A stretch of 63,781 bases of DNA, filler included, from Elsinoe ampelina (lineage: Eukaryota): the NCBI GenBank assembly GCA_010093995.1. It is 4 parts of 4 records of this genome, joined end to end, with 100 filler letters (N's around TTAATTAATTAA, not from the genome) between each part and the next. Parts side by side here need not be neighbours in the genome. Positions count along the whole stretch, not along the records: positions 18,286 to 48,777 come from ML992524.1; 3 more parts are not named here. One strand, 5' to 3'. The notes under the pieces are model-generated. The model worked only from the letters and a program-made list of their open reading frames with translations, was not told the origin of the DNA and searched no databases. This document shows, in pieces, positions 37,764-48,877 of the stretch; within the stretch, counting starts at the first letter, position 1; each line of letters begins with the position of its first letter. The translations under genes and the position numbers were made by a program.

Positions 37764-38083
37764 AGATGAATTGGCTCATTGTAAAAACAGAAAAAGCATG
37801 TCGTTTGGTTTTATACAACATATAGCGAGCGGGTGAGTACGAATACAATACAGTTACGAACCATTCGCGGACTCGTGGAGGGTCGCCTGATATCCTGCGT
37901 GAGTGCGTGGCTGCCGACCAAGATATGCAAAATCTGTGCAGGATAAAAACGGAGCCGGACAATGGGTACAGCAGGCCGGAGTGGTGGTCCTCAGTGCGTC
38001 CGGTCGGCGCACTGTGGCTCTCGCACGCATACCGGCATACCTTGGCACTGCTGTCTCGAGTGGCCTTCCCGAACCACACACCC

Positions 38084-38985
38084 TTATTTGCTAAGTCGGA
38101 AAGTACTGTACAAATTCTGCATACGATCATGCTGGCCTGGCGAGAATTGGTCTTTGCAAAAGTCATTCGTGTAGTCCATGTAATTCTTGATGGGATCATC
38201 ACCAGGACTGTCTGGGCAACTGTCTACCCTTGCCGGACACCCGCCAATGTAGTAAAGTCGCTGCGGCGTGTCGTCAACCTGGTCACCAGCGCCAGTGCAA
38301 GAAAAGCCTTGGAAAGTGTGGAGCAGACCCAGCCAGTGGCCGACCTTGTGAACCGTGGTGAGACCGAGATCGTAATCTTCGAAGGATGGCACGCCCGCAC
38401 CAGTCAAGGTGGCCGCAAGATTCACAGCACCGTCTAGAATAACGTCGGTCGCCGTGGGAGTGTCTCCTGGAAATGTAGCATAGCCGAGAAGTCCAATTTC
38501 TTCTAACAGGTCACTGAGATAGTACAGATTCAGATCGCTGTAAGTGCCTCTGCAGAAGGCACTTTTGAATTCCAGTTGGCAATCCTCGCCAAAAGGGTCG
38601 TAGCATCTCGCCCATGTGTCGTTGACGTAGTAGTTGACGCTCGCGGTGTTGGATGAGAAGCCCGATGCCGCATACCGTTCATTCAATGTTTGGATCTAAA
38701 AGGTAGAATTAGTCATGCTCTGCAGAGACACGTTGTCATTGCTACCTGTGCATCGACGAGCACCCGGGGATATTCATTCTCGGCTGCTTGAGTAGTGATG
38801 ACATGCACAAAGGTCTCGATGGTGTAGTTGTCGGCGGCTATTTGAGCGCCAAAGAATTGATCCTCAATTTGTGCCGCAGGGCGCTGCAGGTCGACTGGTC
38901 GTTCTCGGGTGCCGCGGGCTCCAAAGGTTTGGGCGCTGGCAGACAGAACCAAGGAAGCGAAGGACACGTCAATGGTGAGTCTCAT
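38084..38985 (-). CDS. Secreted M43 (MEP1/pappalysin-like) metalloprotease homologue with HEXXH changed to HKXXH; exons 38985-38746, 38695-38084
   Basis: Signal-peptide-like N-terminus, GLLGYATFP, HKVGHWLGLLHTFQG, GDQVDDTP and Met-turn NYMDY; a 50-nt intron with CTAAT branch site. Confidence 0.85.
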
Positions 38986-39546
38986 GGTTGCAAATGTAAA
39001 GGAAAGAAAAGCAGTCGACGGACCTACTGACGACTATATGTGAGAATTGCAATTGGTGAATCGATTTGTTGCTTATGCTGATGCCATCGAGACACATGAT
39101 GGAAACCCAATCAATGGAAAGCGTAGACGTTGTAGAGCAGCACCTTATCGGGAAGTTCGTCTTGTGTCGAGGCTCGATGCGGGCAAAATTGCTCCATTGT
39201 GACATTGTGAGGTGGAGGTCGCTTGATCATGACACAAGTAGTAGAACAGAGGAGAACTTTGCCCAAAGCTCTCAGAACCGCCGAAACTTCGGAGATGATA
39301 GGAACGTCTGCTTCTGGAAGGTCATGCTTGGCCCACCAGGTGGAACTTCGGCCATTGGCGTGGCGGGTGGAAATCCGGTGGGCGGACAGACAAGAGGTGA
39401 TCGATCCTGAGTAGCTGAGGGGGTTGTGGAGAGAGAGTTTGATCGTGCATCTGATTATTGCCAGAGGCTGCGTTGCTCACCACGTGTCTATGTGTGTTGT
39501 CTCCCTAGCTCGTGGTCTCCGCGTCTTTGCAATGCCATTGTACAGT

Positions 39547-40915
39547 CTACAATTTTGCCCGCTCTTGCAGAAGGGTGTAGCTCTTCTCGTAGCTCTCCAT
39601 GGCGTCCCTGTTCCCGATGATCTGGTCGACGTTCTGGTAGCCGGCCACATTGAGGAGAATATCAAAGTCGGCAAGAAGCGACTTCATGATATGACGAACT
39701 CCGTGATCGCCCATTATGCTCAGACCCCAGACCCAGAGACGTCCAACAAAGACGAATTGGGCTCCAAGGGCGAGTGCTTTGAACACATCTGAGGCGCCCC
39801 GGACACCACTGTCGTACATGATGTACAACTCAGAGCCAAGCGCTGGTTCATGTCAGCCGAGCAGAAGTGTACTACGGAGAGCGCAACTCACCTTTAGTGA
39901 TGTTATCCAGCGCATCGAGACTGGCGATTGCCCCGTCTACCTGCCTTCCAGCATGGTTTGACACCACGATACCGTCGCATCCCACTTCCTTTGCTTTTCT
40001 TGCGTCCACGACACTCTGTATGCCCTTGATAGCGAACGGCTTACCTCCACTGAGTTCTTTCCACGTCTTAATCAACCAAGGTATCTTCTCCCAAGTGTGA
40101 GCGCGCCCATGCCAGACATTGTCGATCCACTTGGCACCAGCTTCGTTGGGCATGGTGGCAGGATCGATGCCATCCTCGGCTAGTCTTTTCTTGAATACCG
40201 GATCAGATAGGCCGAGATCAGCGCCAGTGCCGTGGTAGAAGGCGTAGTTCGAGTTGGCAACATCATCGTGTCTCCACCCAAGCTGCCATGTATCCACTGT
40301 CAAGATGCACGCCGTGAAGCCACTGTCGACTGCTCTTTGCAACAGCGATATTGTCAACTCGTCATCGTGCGGCATGTATAGCTGGAAGAAGCGTGTCCCT
40401 TCGCCGTTTGCTCTCCCAACATCCTCGATAGGTTGCGATCCGGCAGTGGACAAACAGTATGGCAGATTCAGCTCTTTCGCGACCTGGGCGACTGGCAACT
40501 CCCCATCCTTGTGGTAGATCTTGTTGATACCGATTGGGCTGAAGCCGATAGGTGCTGACGTCTTGTGTCCCCATATCTCGTGAGAAGTGTCCCTCTTGTT
40601 GGTGTCTACCAGCATTCGCGGGATGATACGGTGACGATAGAAGGCTTGGCGGTTGGCAAGATGGGTGGTACTGTATCCGGCATTGCTCGAGGCATAGTAC
40701 CATCCACCTTCTGAGAGTCGTTCTTTGGCGCGTTCCTCGAGCTTGGTGGGATCTAGTTTCTGTCAGCTGACTAGGTAGTCGCGGAACAGAGGCTGCCACC
40801 GACCTGTATTGAAAGGAGGCACATTGCCTTCGTTCGACTTCCAGAATTTCTCACGCTGATACTCGGCGTATTCGGGAGTTGAACGAAAGCTCTTGTTTGT
40901 GTTCTTGGTGTCCAT
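39547..40915 (-). CDS. FMN-dependent alpha-hydroxy acid oxidase/dehydrogenase (lactate 2-monooxygenase-like); exons 40915-40804, 40752-39892, 39842-39547
   Basis: Motifs ANRQAF...IIPRML, FFQLY, LTVDT, IKGI, VSNHAGRQVDG and DSGVRG; two canonical introns. Confidence 0.92.
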
Positions 40916-41504
40916 ATCCAGATGCTACGGCGGGTCTCTGGTGAGTTTGGGAGCGATGCCAGCAACACGCTCGAGAGTACTCGCCATAGTCTCACATGCA
41001 AGCATTGTCGACGTCAGTCGGAAAAGGCGGATGTAATTGACGTAAAAGTGATGGAGTTGTAGGGGTTGCGGAAATGCTTCAGAGCCAGTGACTAAGCTTG
41101 GGTGCCGACAAGCCGAAAGGGCCTCAAATGCATCTCAACCTCCCTGACCTGTACAAAAAGACTCCGGCGAGCAGCAAAGGGCATTATTGTCATGATCCGA
41201 CGTCTGAGGTCACTGATCTATAATAGGGAAAAGGTGGCCCGTCCGATTAGAGCGACCCAGGCAGCGCCTCTGCAACGCTAATCAATCACTTCCGCACCCC
41301 CGCCATGCACGATACCAGTAGTATGTATCACACAGACTGCCAATGATTTGTTGGCTCTCTCTCGATGAGGGGCAATGGATTTCGCGGCTCGGTCTCTTGT
41401 GGCACCTGGGCTAGGTATTCGCCTTCTTGCGACACAAGTACACTTTCCTTTGTGCTCCTCATTTCGTATATTGCAACATCACGACTTTTTGTTCAATCAC
41501 CGAC

Positions 41505-43116
41505 ATGGAGAACAAGGATGCCAGTAGCTACACAGCGGTCTGGGTACTGGCCTTTGCAGTCACTGTCACTATAGCGCTCCTCTGGACGACCTTCCTTTCC
41601 CCCCTTCGCCACATCCCGGGGCCCATCTTTGCCAGGTACACGAATCTTTGGCGGCTTTACCACACGTGGCGTGGCCGTCCTGATATCATCCACAATGAGC
41701 TCCACGAGCAATACGGCTCCGCCGTACGGATTGGACCCAACTGCGTCAGTCTGAGCGATCCAGCTCTGATTCGTACCGTCTTCTGCACATGGAAGAAAGA
41801 CAACATGTTCACGAAGAGCAATTTCTATAGCGTTGCCGATTTCCCCATGGACGGCAAGTACTATCCTACCACATTCAGCGTTAGGGACGAACAGCTGCAT
41901 ACTGCCATGACTAGGCAGGCCAACAAGCTATATACAATTCCCGCGCTTGTCAAGTTTGAGCCACTGATGGATTCGGCCATCGAGCTGTTCATTCAGCGCC
42001 TGAGGGAAGAATTTGTCCGTCCGCAGAAGCCTTGCCCAATCCACGAGTGGTTGCACTTCCGTACGTATATTGAGACGTGCTCAACATAGTTGCTGACCCT
42101 GGACAGTCGCATGGGATATGATCGCCGAAATAACATTTAGCCGCAAATTTGGCTTTCTCGAGCAGGGCGAAGATGTTCAGAATCTAATTAGGATGGGGGA
42201 AGAATCGACCAACTACCTCGCAGTGGTAGGACAGATGCATTGGCTAGATAGATTGCTCTCCAAGAACCCAATTATCTCAATTGGTCCACCGTCATCTGCA
42301 GACTCGGCCGCTTTCGCCGCCAGCCAGCTTCAAGCGAGAAGATCTGGTAAGGATCGTCACGACATTGGCAGACCTGACTTTCTGGACGAGTTCCTCAAGC
42401 TGCAAGAAGAAGATTCCACGGTGACTGACGCAGCAGTCATGGCCTGGATGTTGTCCAACGTCATTGCAGGCAGCGACACTACCGCCATCGAACTCCAGTC
42501 AATTGTGTTCTTCCTTTCCAAGAACCATGGTGCCAGGAGGAAATTGCAAGATGAGCTCGACTCCGCAGATCTCGGTCCCATACCGCAGTGGAAAGATGTA
42601 TCCAAGCTGCCATATCTAGATGCCGTGGTCAGCGAGGCCATGCGATGTCACCCGGTCGTGGGTATTCTATGGGAGCGGGTTGTGCCCCAAAAAGGCATGA
42701 CGCTGTCAGACGGACGCTTCATTCCGGGTGGAACCATCGTCGGGCTCAATCCTAGGGTCGTCCATCGAGACAGAGAAGCTTTCGGCGATGATGTCGACGA
42801 GTTCCGTCCTGAACGGTGGCTGCAGGACCATGATCGGTCAGAACCACTCGATGCGTACGAGGCTCGCGCACGCAAAATGCGGGATGCCAGCATGCCTTTC
42901 GGGTGGGGCAAACGTGGCTGCTCCGGTCGTAATGTGGCCACCATTGAAATGCGCAAGGTCGCAGCGGCCCTATACTCGAACTTTGACGTCCAATTGATCA
43001 ACACGAAGAAGACCTTCGACCGGACTGCGAAGTTTTTTTTCTTTCACAAGGATATGGATGTCATCATCAACGAGCGATCCCGAGGCAGACGAGATTCTGG
43101 ACCTGCCGAGACTTGA
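41505..43116 (+). CDS. Cytochrome P450 monooxygenase; exons 41505-42060, 42107-43116
   Basis: N-terminal TM anchor, IPGP, VRIGPN, AGSDTTA, EAMR, PERW and heme motif PFGWGKRGCSG. Confidence 0.95.
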
Positions 43117-43138
43117 GTGCAGTACCCATCGACTAGAC

Positions 43139-46100
43139 TCAGACAGCGGTCGTTGTAGATGAGTTGTAAAGGTCCTGGAACTTTGACGGCGACTCCAAGA
43201 GACTTCTCGGATTGCCGAATTCCACAAGATGGCCATCCTCCATGACGGCAACCCGGTCGTAATCTAAGATTGTATCCAGGCGATGTGCTACGGCGATGAT
43301 CGTGTGGTCCCAGAACTCGGCGTGAACTAGTTGTTGGATGTGTGTGTCCGTCTCAAGATCGATACTGTAATCATCAGCCTTGATCGTACCATGATTGTCC
43401 TGAAGACATACCTGCTTGTGAACTCGTCCAGCAGCAAAATATGACCCCCAGGTTTCAGAAGTGCTCTCGCTAGATTGAACAATTGCTTTTGACCCTGACT
43501 GAACGTCGTTTGTGCTATGTCAGCATCGAGACCTCCTGCTGATTGTACAGCGGTCCAAAGCTTGACCTTGGTCAGAGCAATCTGTGCCTCGTCCGACGAG
43601 ATGTCCGAATATAACGAGAGATTGTCTTTCACGGTACCGTTGACCATGAAAGGCTCCTCCGCTACGGAAATGATGGAGGCTCGGACTGTCTCTCTTGGAA
43701 CGGTCTTAAGATCAATCTCGTCGATGTAAATGCGACCCTCGGCAGCATCGATCATCCGTAGCAGAGCGAGTATCAGCGAGCTTTTCCCACTGCCTGTTCT
43801 CCCACACACCCCGATCTTCTGACCAGGAAAGATGTCCATAGATATACCGTCCAAAGCGGGCCTAAGATCACTTTCCGAGTATCTGGCGGTAACGTTCTCG
43901 ATCTTGATGCGGCCATGAGCTGGCCATTCTCCATCGGATTTTGGGGTGTCTAGTGATGCACCCTCACTTGGTGTGTCTTTCTCGAAGGAGCGTATCCGCG
44001 CGACAGATCCTAGAGCCGTCTCCATCTGTGCCCAGAATAGAATCATGAGCTTGACCATCGAAGAGAAGGAGATGATCTGTGTCAACGAGACACCGGTGAA
44101 GCCGGGAGAAATGCTGTCCCGCAATGCTACAGTGACCCCAACGACCAAGACCGCCAACCCACCGATGACAAGCTCCAGCACCAGGACCAACCATCGCTGC
44201 ATGATATAGATCAGATAGAATGGCTTTTGCGAGCGATCAATCAGTTCCAAATTCTTCTTCTCGCTAGCCTCAGTCCACTTGAATGCTCGGATAGTAGCCA
44301 GACCGTCAATAGATTCGGTGAAATGCGTATAGAGTGGGGCCTTCTCCTCCAAGTCCAGGTACCGCATCTGCCTTGACGCTTTGAGATAATAGTTTTGCAC
44401 AAAGTAAAAGACGGCAAAAAGGAATGGATAGCTAATCAGTATCCAAGCAGATCCCGAAGCGATAAGACCGAGCTGCGCCAGACAAATGAAGAAATTGCTG
44501 ACGGAGACCTGAAGAGCCAGGGGTAGATTCATATCCAAGAGCTGTACATCTTGCCCAAACCGGTTGAGAAGCTCACCACTATCCTCCTTGGACAGAAAGG
44601 CATATGGTGCCGACATGACTGTCCTTGCAAGAATCTCGTGTAGTGAAAGGCCCGTCCGTACAGCAATTACATGAAATGTCCAGCAAGTGACAAGTCCAGA
44701 AGTGATAAGGGCCCCAACCTGTAGAGCTCCGTATGTTGCAACGTAGAAAGCGCTGTCTTCCGGATTGATCGAGTCTGCCCACCACTTCAGCCAGACCACT
44801 GGGAAGGCTGTGAGAAAGGCGTAAACGACTTGGACGCAAAGGAACACAATGCCGACCCTCCAAGTCAAAGACGCAAAGTAATACCGGTAGACGCTGGCAT
44901 CTCCGACCTGGCGAATGCGGTCCATCTCCTCATTTGGAATACGACGATCAGCTCTTTCGTCCGCCAACTCTGGGCTGTATTCGCTGGCTGCGAGCCTCGG
45001 ACTGGACGGTCCAGTCTTGATGGTAAAGGGAAGTAGCTTCGATAGCATGGGATGATGATACTGGCGGGTCAATGCCAGACTGACTTCACCGTAAGAGCTC
45101 AAACCTGCCACATGGCCATCTTCGTTGAGTTGAAAGACGGCGTCCATCTGTTCGAGGAACCGTGCTGCTTCTAGTAAGCTGATGTGTCCAAGTTATGGCT
45201 ACTTTGAGGGATTTATACACATGTAGGTGACGAGGAGGAAGGTTGTCTGGCGTTTGCGGAGAAGACCGTTCCGACCAAACACTCGAGTGAAGACCCGGGC
45301 TTGCGTGCTGACGTCAAGTTGGCTTAGACAGTCATCGAACAAAGCCAATCTCCTGTTGGCGTACAGAGTACGAGCCAGCGCCTATCGAATGTCAGTTGCT
45401 TTCAAGCAAGATCACAATGACTCGTACTAGTCGTTGTTTCTGCCCACCACTCAGAGAGAAGCCCTTACTGCCAATCACTGTCTTATCATTCTGAGGTAGG
45501 GTGTTGATGTCCTCTTCGAGATCGCAAGCATGTATGACTTCGCGGTAAAGCTTGCCATCCCACCGTTCATACATGACAATGTTCCTCTGTACAGATGCAT
45601 TCTGGCAAGACATCAGTAATCAAGTAGCTACCATATGTTGATCAACTCACAATCAACCATGGTGACTGCTCGCAGTGCGAGATTCTATGTTCCGCAACCG
45701 TAACCTCGCCTTCGGTGAGGGGTGTTTCGCCAAGTAGAGCTTTGAGCAAAGTTGATTTGCCGCATGCGACCGGACCAGTAAGACCAATTCCTTGGCTTTG
45801 AGCAACTACCATATCGACGTTGTTGAGGACAGGATCTTCATCGAGAGCCCAGCCGAAGCAGCCATTTCGGATAGTAATGATGCTTTTGGAGGACATACTT
45901 CTTAGGAAGTTGAGTGGAGATGCTGCAAAGACGGATGAGTCCATGTCGCTCGACGCCATACTGCTGGCATCGTCGTCGCTCAGGTAGCGGTGGTCTCTCA
46001 ATTCCTCGGCGTCCAGATACGATTCAATCTTTGTGAAGCAAGCGAGACCGGACATGAAATCGACGAAGCCGACGAAAAGGCTGAATAAGGGTTCCGCCAG

Positions 46101-48018
46101 TAGCATCAACAGCGACAATGTTGTGAAGATTCTAGTAGCATCCAGGTCGTCGCCGTTCCTGGCGGATCGAACTGCAACGATGATGTAGGTAATGACCGGT
46201 GATATGAGCATAGGAACATTAGCTACCATATGTCAGTGCAGTTCACCGGCACCTGAACCATTGTTACCAAGCGAAGATGACCAAACAATCATGTGCCGGA
46301 ATGGCCTCGCCTCTCGAAGTTCATGTACCCTGGTCTGCTGTAGCAGATCCGCAACGCGGGGACCGAGACCGTGGATCTTGATCGACTTGATGGCGCCAAG
46401 CGCAGCTCTGCTAAAGCCTGACAATGTGAGCGATGGTACAATCAGCGCACATTATAATACTTACTCAGTCGTGCCTGCGTTCCTGTAATCCATTTGATCT
46501 GGTAGAGAGTGGTGTACCTTGTCGAGTACAAAGTGGTGGCGGCAGCGACTACTATTCGTCAGCGTTAGCAGGAGGACGAAGGGTCACTCTCCAGACACAC
46601 CGGCTGAAACTACAAGTGGTCCAATCCAAGCAAGGCCGAGCGTCCTCTGGATCAACCATGTAGTAAGGGCGACTTGCACCGCTTGAGCCCAAATTTCGTG
46701 CAGATCATACAGTCCACGAACTATACGTTCCACATCAGTGCTCATCATTGTGACCAGTGCAGCGCCATCTTCTTGAGAAGAGCCAAGTCTCATGGCTTTG
46801 CTGTATATGGCCCCAATCAGTGTGCCTCTGACAGCAAAGAGGAACCTATAGTGTCTGTGCCAGTAGAATGTGGTGGAAACCTTGGAGATGATCAGTATGA
46901 GACGTCGTGACGAACAAGACCAGGACATACCGCCATGCCGAAATAGACGAAGCCGTAAGCCCCAATGAGGCCGTAACCCACACGCACATCCTGCTCATCT
47001 GGACGCTCGACAAGGAAACTGAGCAGCCTCCGCAAGAGGAAGGGTTGACCGAGTGTGAAGGCGATTTGGACAAGTCGAGGAATGATCGGGAGCAGCAAGG
47101 AAGATTTGAATAGCTTGAAGAGAGTCCACTTCAATCGTAAGCGCTTGTTGCCCTCTGTTGTCAAGTCAGCCATATTCTGGAGGCATGACAATCTAGCATA
47201 CCTTTCACTCGCATGGTCGTGAAGCGGAGATGCAGATACGCCGAGGATAATTCCTTAACGATCGGATAGAGGTCAGTCGGACTGAGAAGGTGGCTTGCTC
47301 CTCGGTACATGATACCATTCAGCCACCATAGCAAGCCTTGACTGTACAGGCCACTCCATTCTTCCGGGCTCCGGGATTGTGCCTTGATGGTCGAATAAGC
47401 CCGCTTATCCAAAGCTTCGAGAACAAGGACAATCAATTTGAGCCCGAAGGAGACCGAGTAGAGCACGGGGATGGCACCACTGATGGAGGGCAGGAGCCAC
47501 AGCGTCCGCAATGTAGCAGCATCGAGTATGACTGTGAGAAACAGGTACCCATTAAGTAAGAATGAAGGCCGTATCGATCGTGAATGTTCAAAGAGAGAAA
47601 GGAGTGCCAGAAAGATACAGCCAGCAAAGGCCACACCGGATGCAGCCACCGAAGGAATATGGGCGGGCAACTCGGGATTGGACGCCCATAGTGCAAGTAT
47701 TGACAATTGCACACATGAGAGAACAATCGTTGTGGTCTAGATGGGAATCCAATCAGCACCGTACTTACCAAGACAAATCCATAAGAAACACACCAATTTG
47801 ATAAACCTCAACGGCAGGCCAGCAATCCTGGGCTGCAAGCGGAGTACACCCCATAATCGCCAAGGTACAGCTAGTATCAGCAGGGCTGAAGGAACGATTG
47901 TGAAGAAGTACTGCTCGAATGCCAGGGTAAAGTCGAAATCATCTCTGCAATGAGCCGGGACTGCGGGACCAAAGGCGTTGTCCGCGGTGGGACTGCAGGA
48001 GTCGGCAGACACGTTCAT
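43139..48018 (-). CDS. ABCC (MRP-like) ABC transporter, multi-intron
   Basis: Fungal ABCC N-terminus DNAFGP...FDFTLAFEQ; NBD1 GPVACGKS / LSGGQKQR / LFDD; NBD2 GRTGSGKS / FSQGQKQ / LLLDE / VAHRL. About nine GT-AG introns join the ORF fragments in frame. Confidence 0.9.
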
Positions 48019-48334
48019 GCCGATCCTCAAGCAGGAGATCGGATCATGGCCGACACGTGCTGCTCCAGCCGGGATAGAAGACTGAACGAGCACGAACTGG
48101 TCTCGAGAAGTGGTGAGGAAGTAGAGAACGGAGTAGAATGTTTTTAAGGAGGCATCCATGGTAAACAGGAAATTATTTGTCCTGCGTAAGTTACCGCTCC
48201 TCGCACACCGTGCAAGGATGGATATCACGTTCCAGACGGTCGACGGCTCCTGGTTGGGCCGTCTTGGGCTCCAGATCGCTGGCCCCAATTAGGATAGGCG
48301 TTCTTGCCGAAACCAGCAGGTACGTGCTGAAATG

Positions 48335-48777
48335 TGTTGTAACTAGCAAATCGGATCGAGAGACGTGTGTTTCATTCAGAGAGTTACAATAACCGATTTA
48401 TCTACTATGTGTGCGCTGACTTATTAGTACTAGTTCTTTAGTACTAGAGAAGCTATACTAGCCTTCTATTATAACACTTCCTCTCTAGTATAGATTACTA
48501 AAGCTAGAGAACTGTCCTGTTATATGTAAGTAAAGTAATTAGCTTATTACTTTATCTCTTTATAATTGCTTATAATTGTTAATATTAGCTAATCATTAGT
48601 AAGAATTCACTATTAGTTTAGCTTATAATTGCTAGTAATAATAGTAACTATTAACAATAGCTAAGTAGCTATTGTTTATATAAATAGACTAGCTTATAAG
48701 TCTTAATTAAAGAGATATAAGTATCTAACTAGCCTCTTTATAATTTCTCTTTCCTTTATTATACTTATAGTAGTAGC
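48335..48777 (-). mobile_element. 3' end of the same Copia family: 3' LTR (48335-48476), polypurine tract and RIPped interior
   Basis: 142-bp match to the other LTRs; the minus-strand purine run AGAGAGGAAG immediately precedes the LTR. Confidence 0.88.
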
Positions 48778-48877
48778 NNNNNNNNNNNNNNNNNNNNNNN
48801 NNNNNNNNNNNNNNNNNNNNNTTAATTAATTAANNNNNNNNNNNNNNNNNNNNNNNNNNNNNNNNNNNNNNNNNNNN
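48778..48877. other. Artificial contig spacer
   Basis: 44 N + TTAATTAATTAA + 44 N. Confidence 0.97.

Noticed and set aside
14505..48334. The 3' LTR at 48335 being the other end of either 5' LTR element
   Set aside because: The flanking 5-mers in element orientation (CCCCA, GCAAA, CATTT) do not form a target-site duplication.
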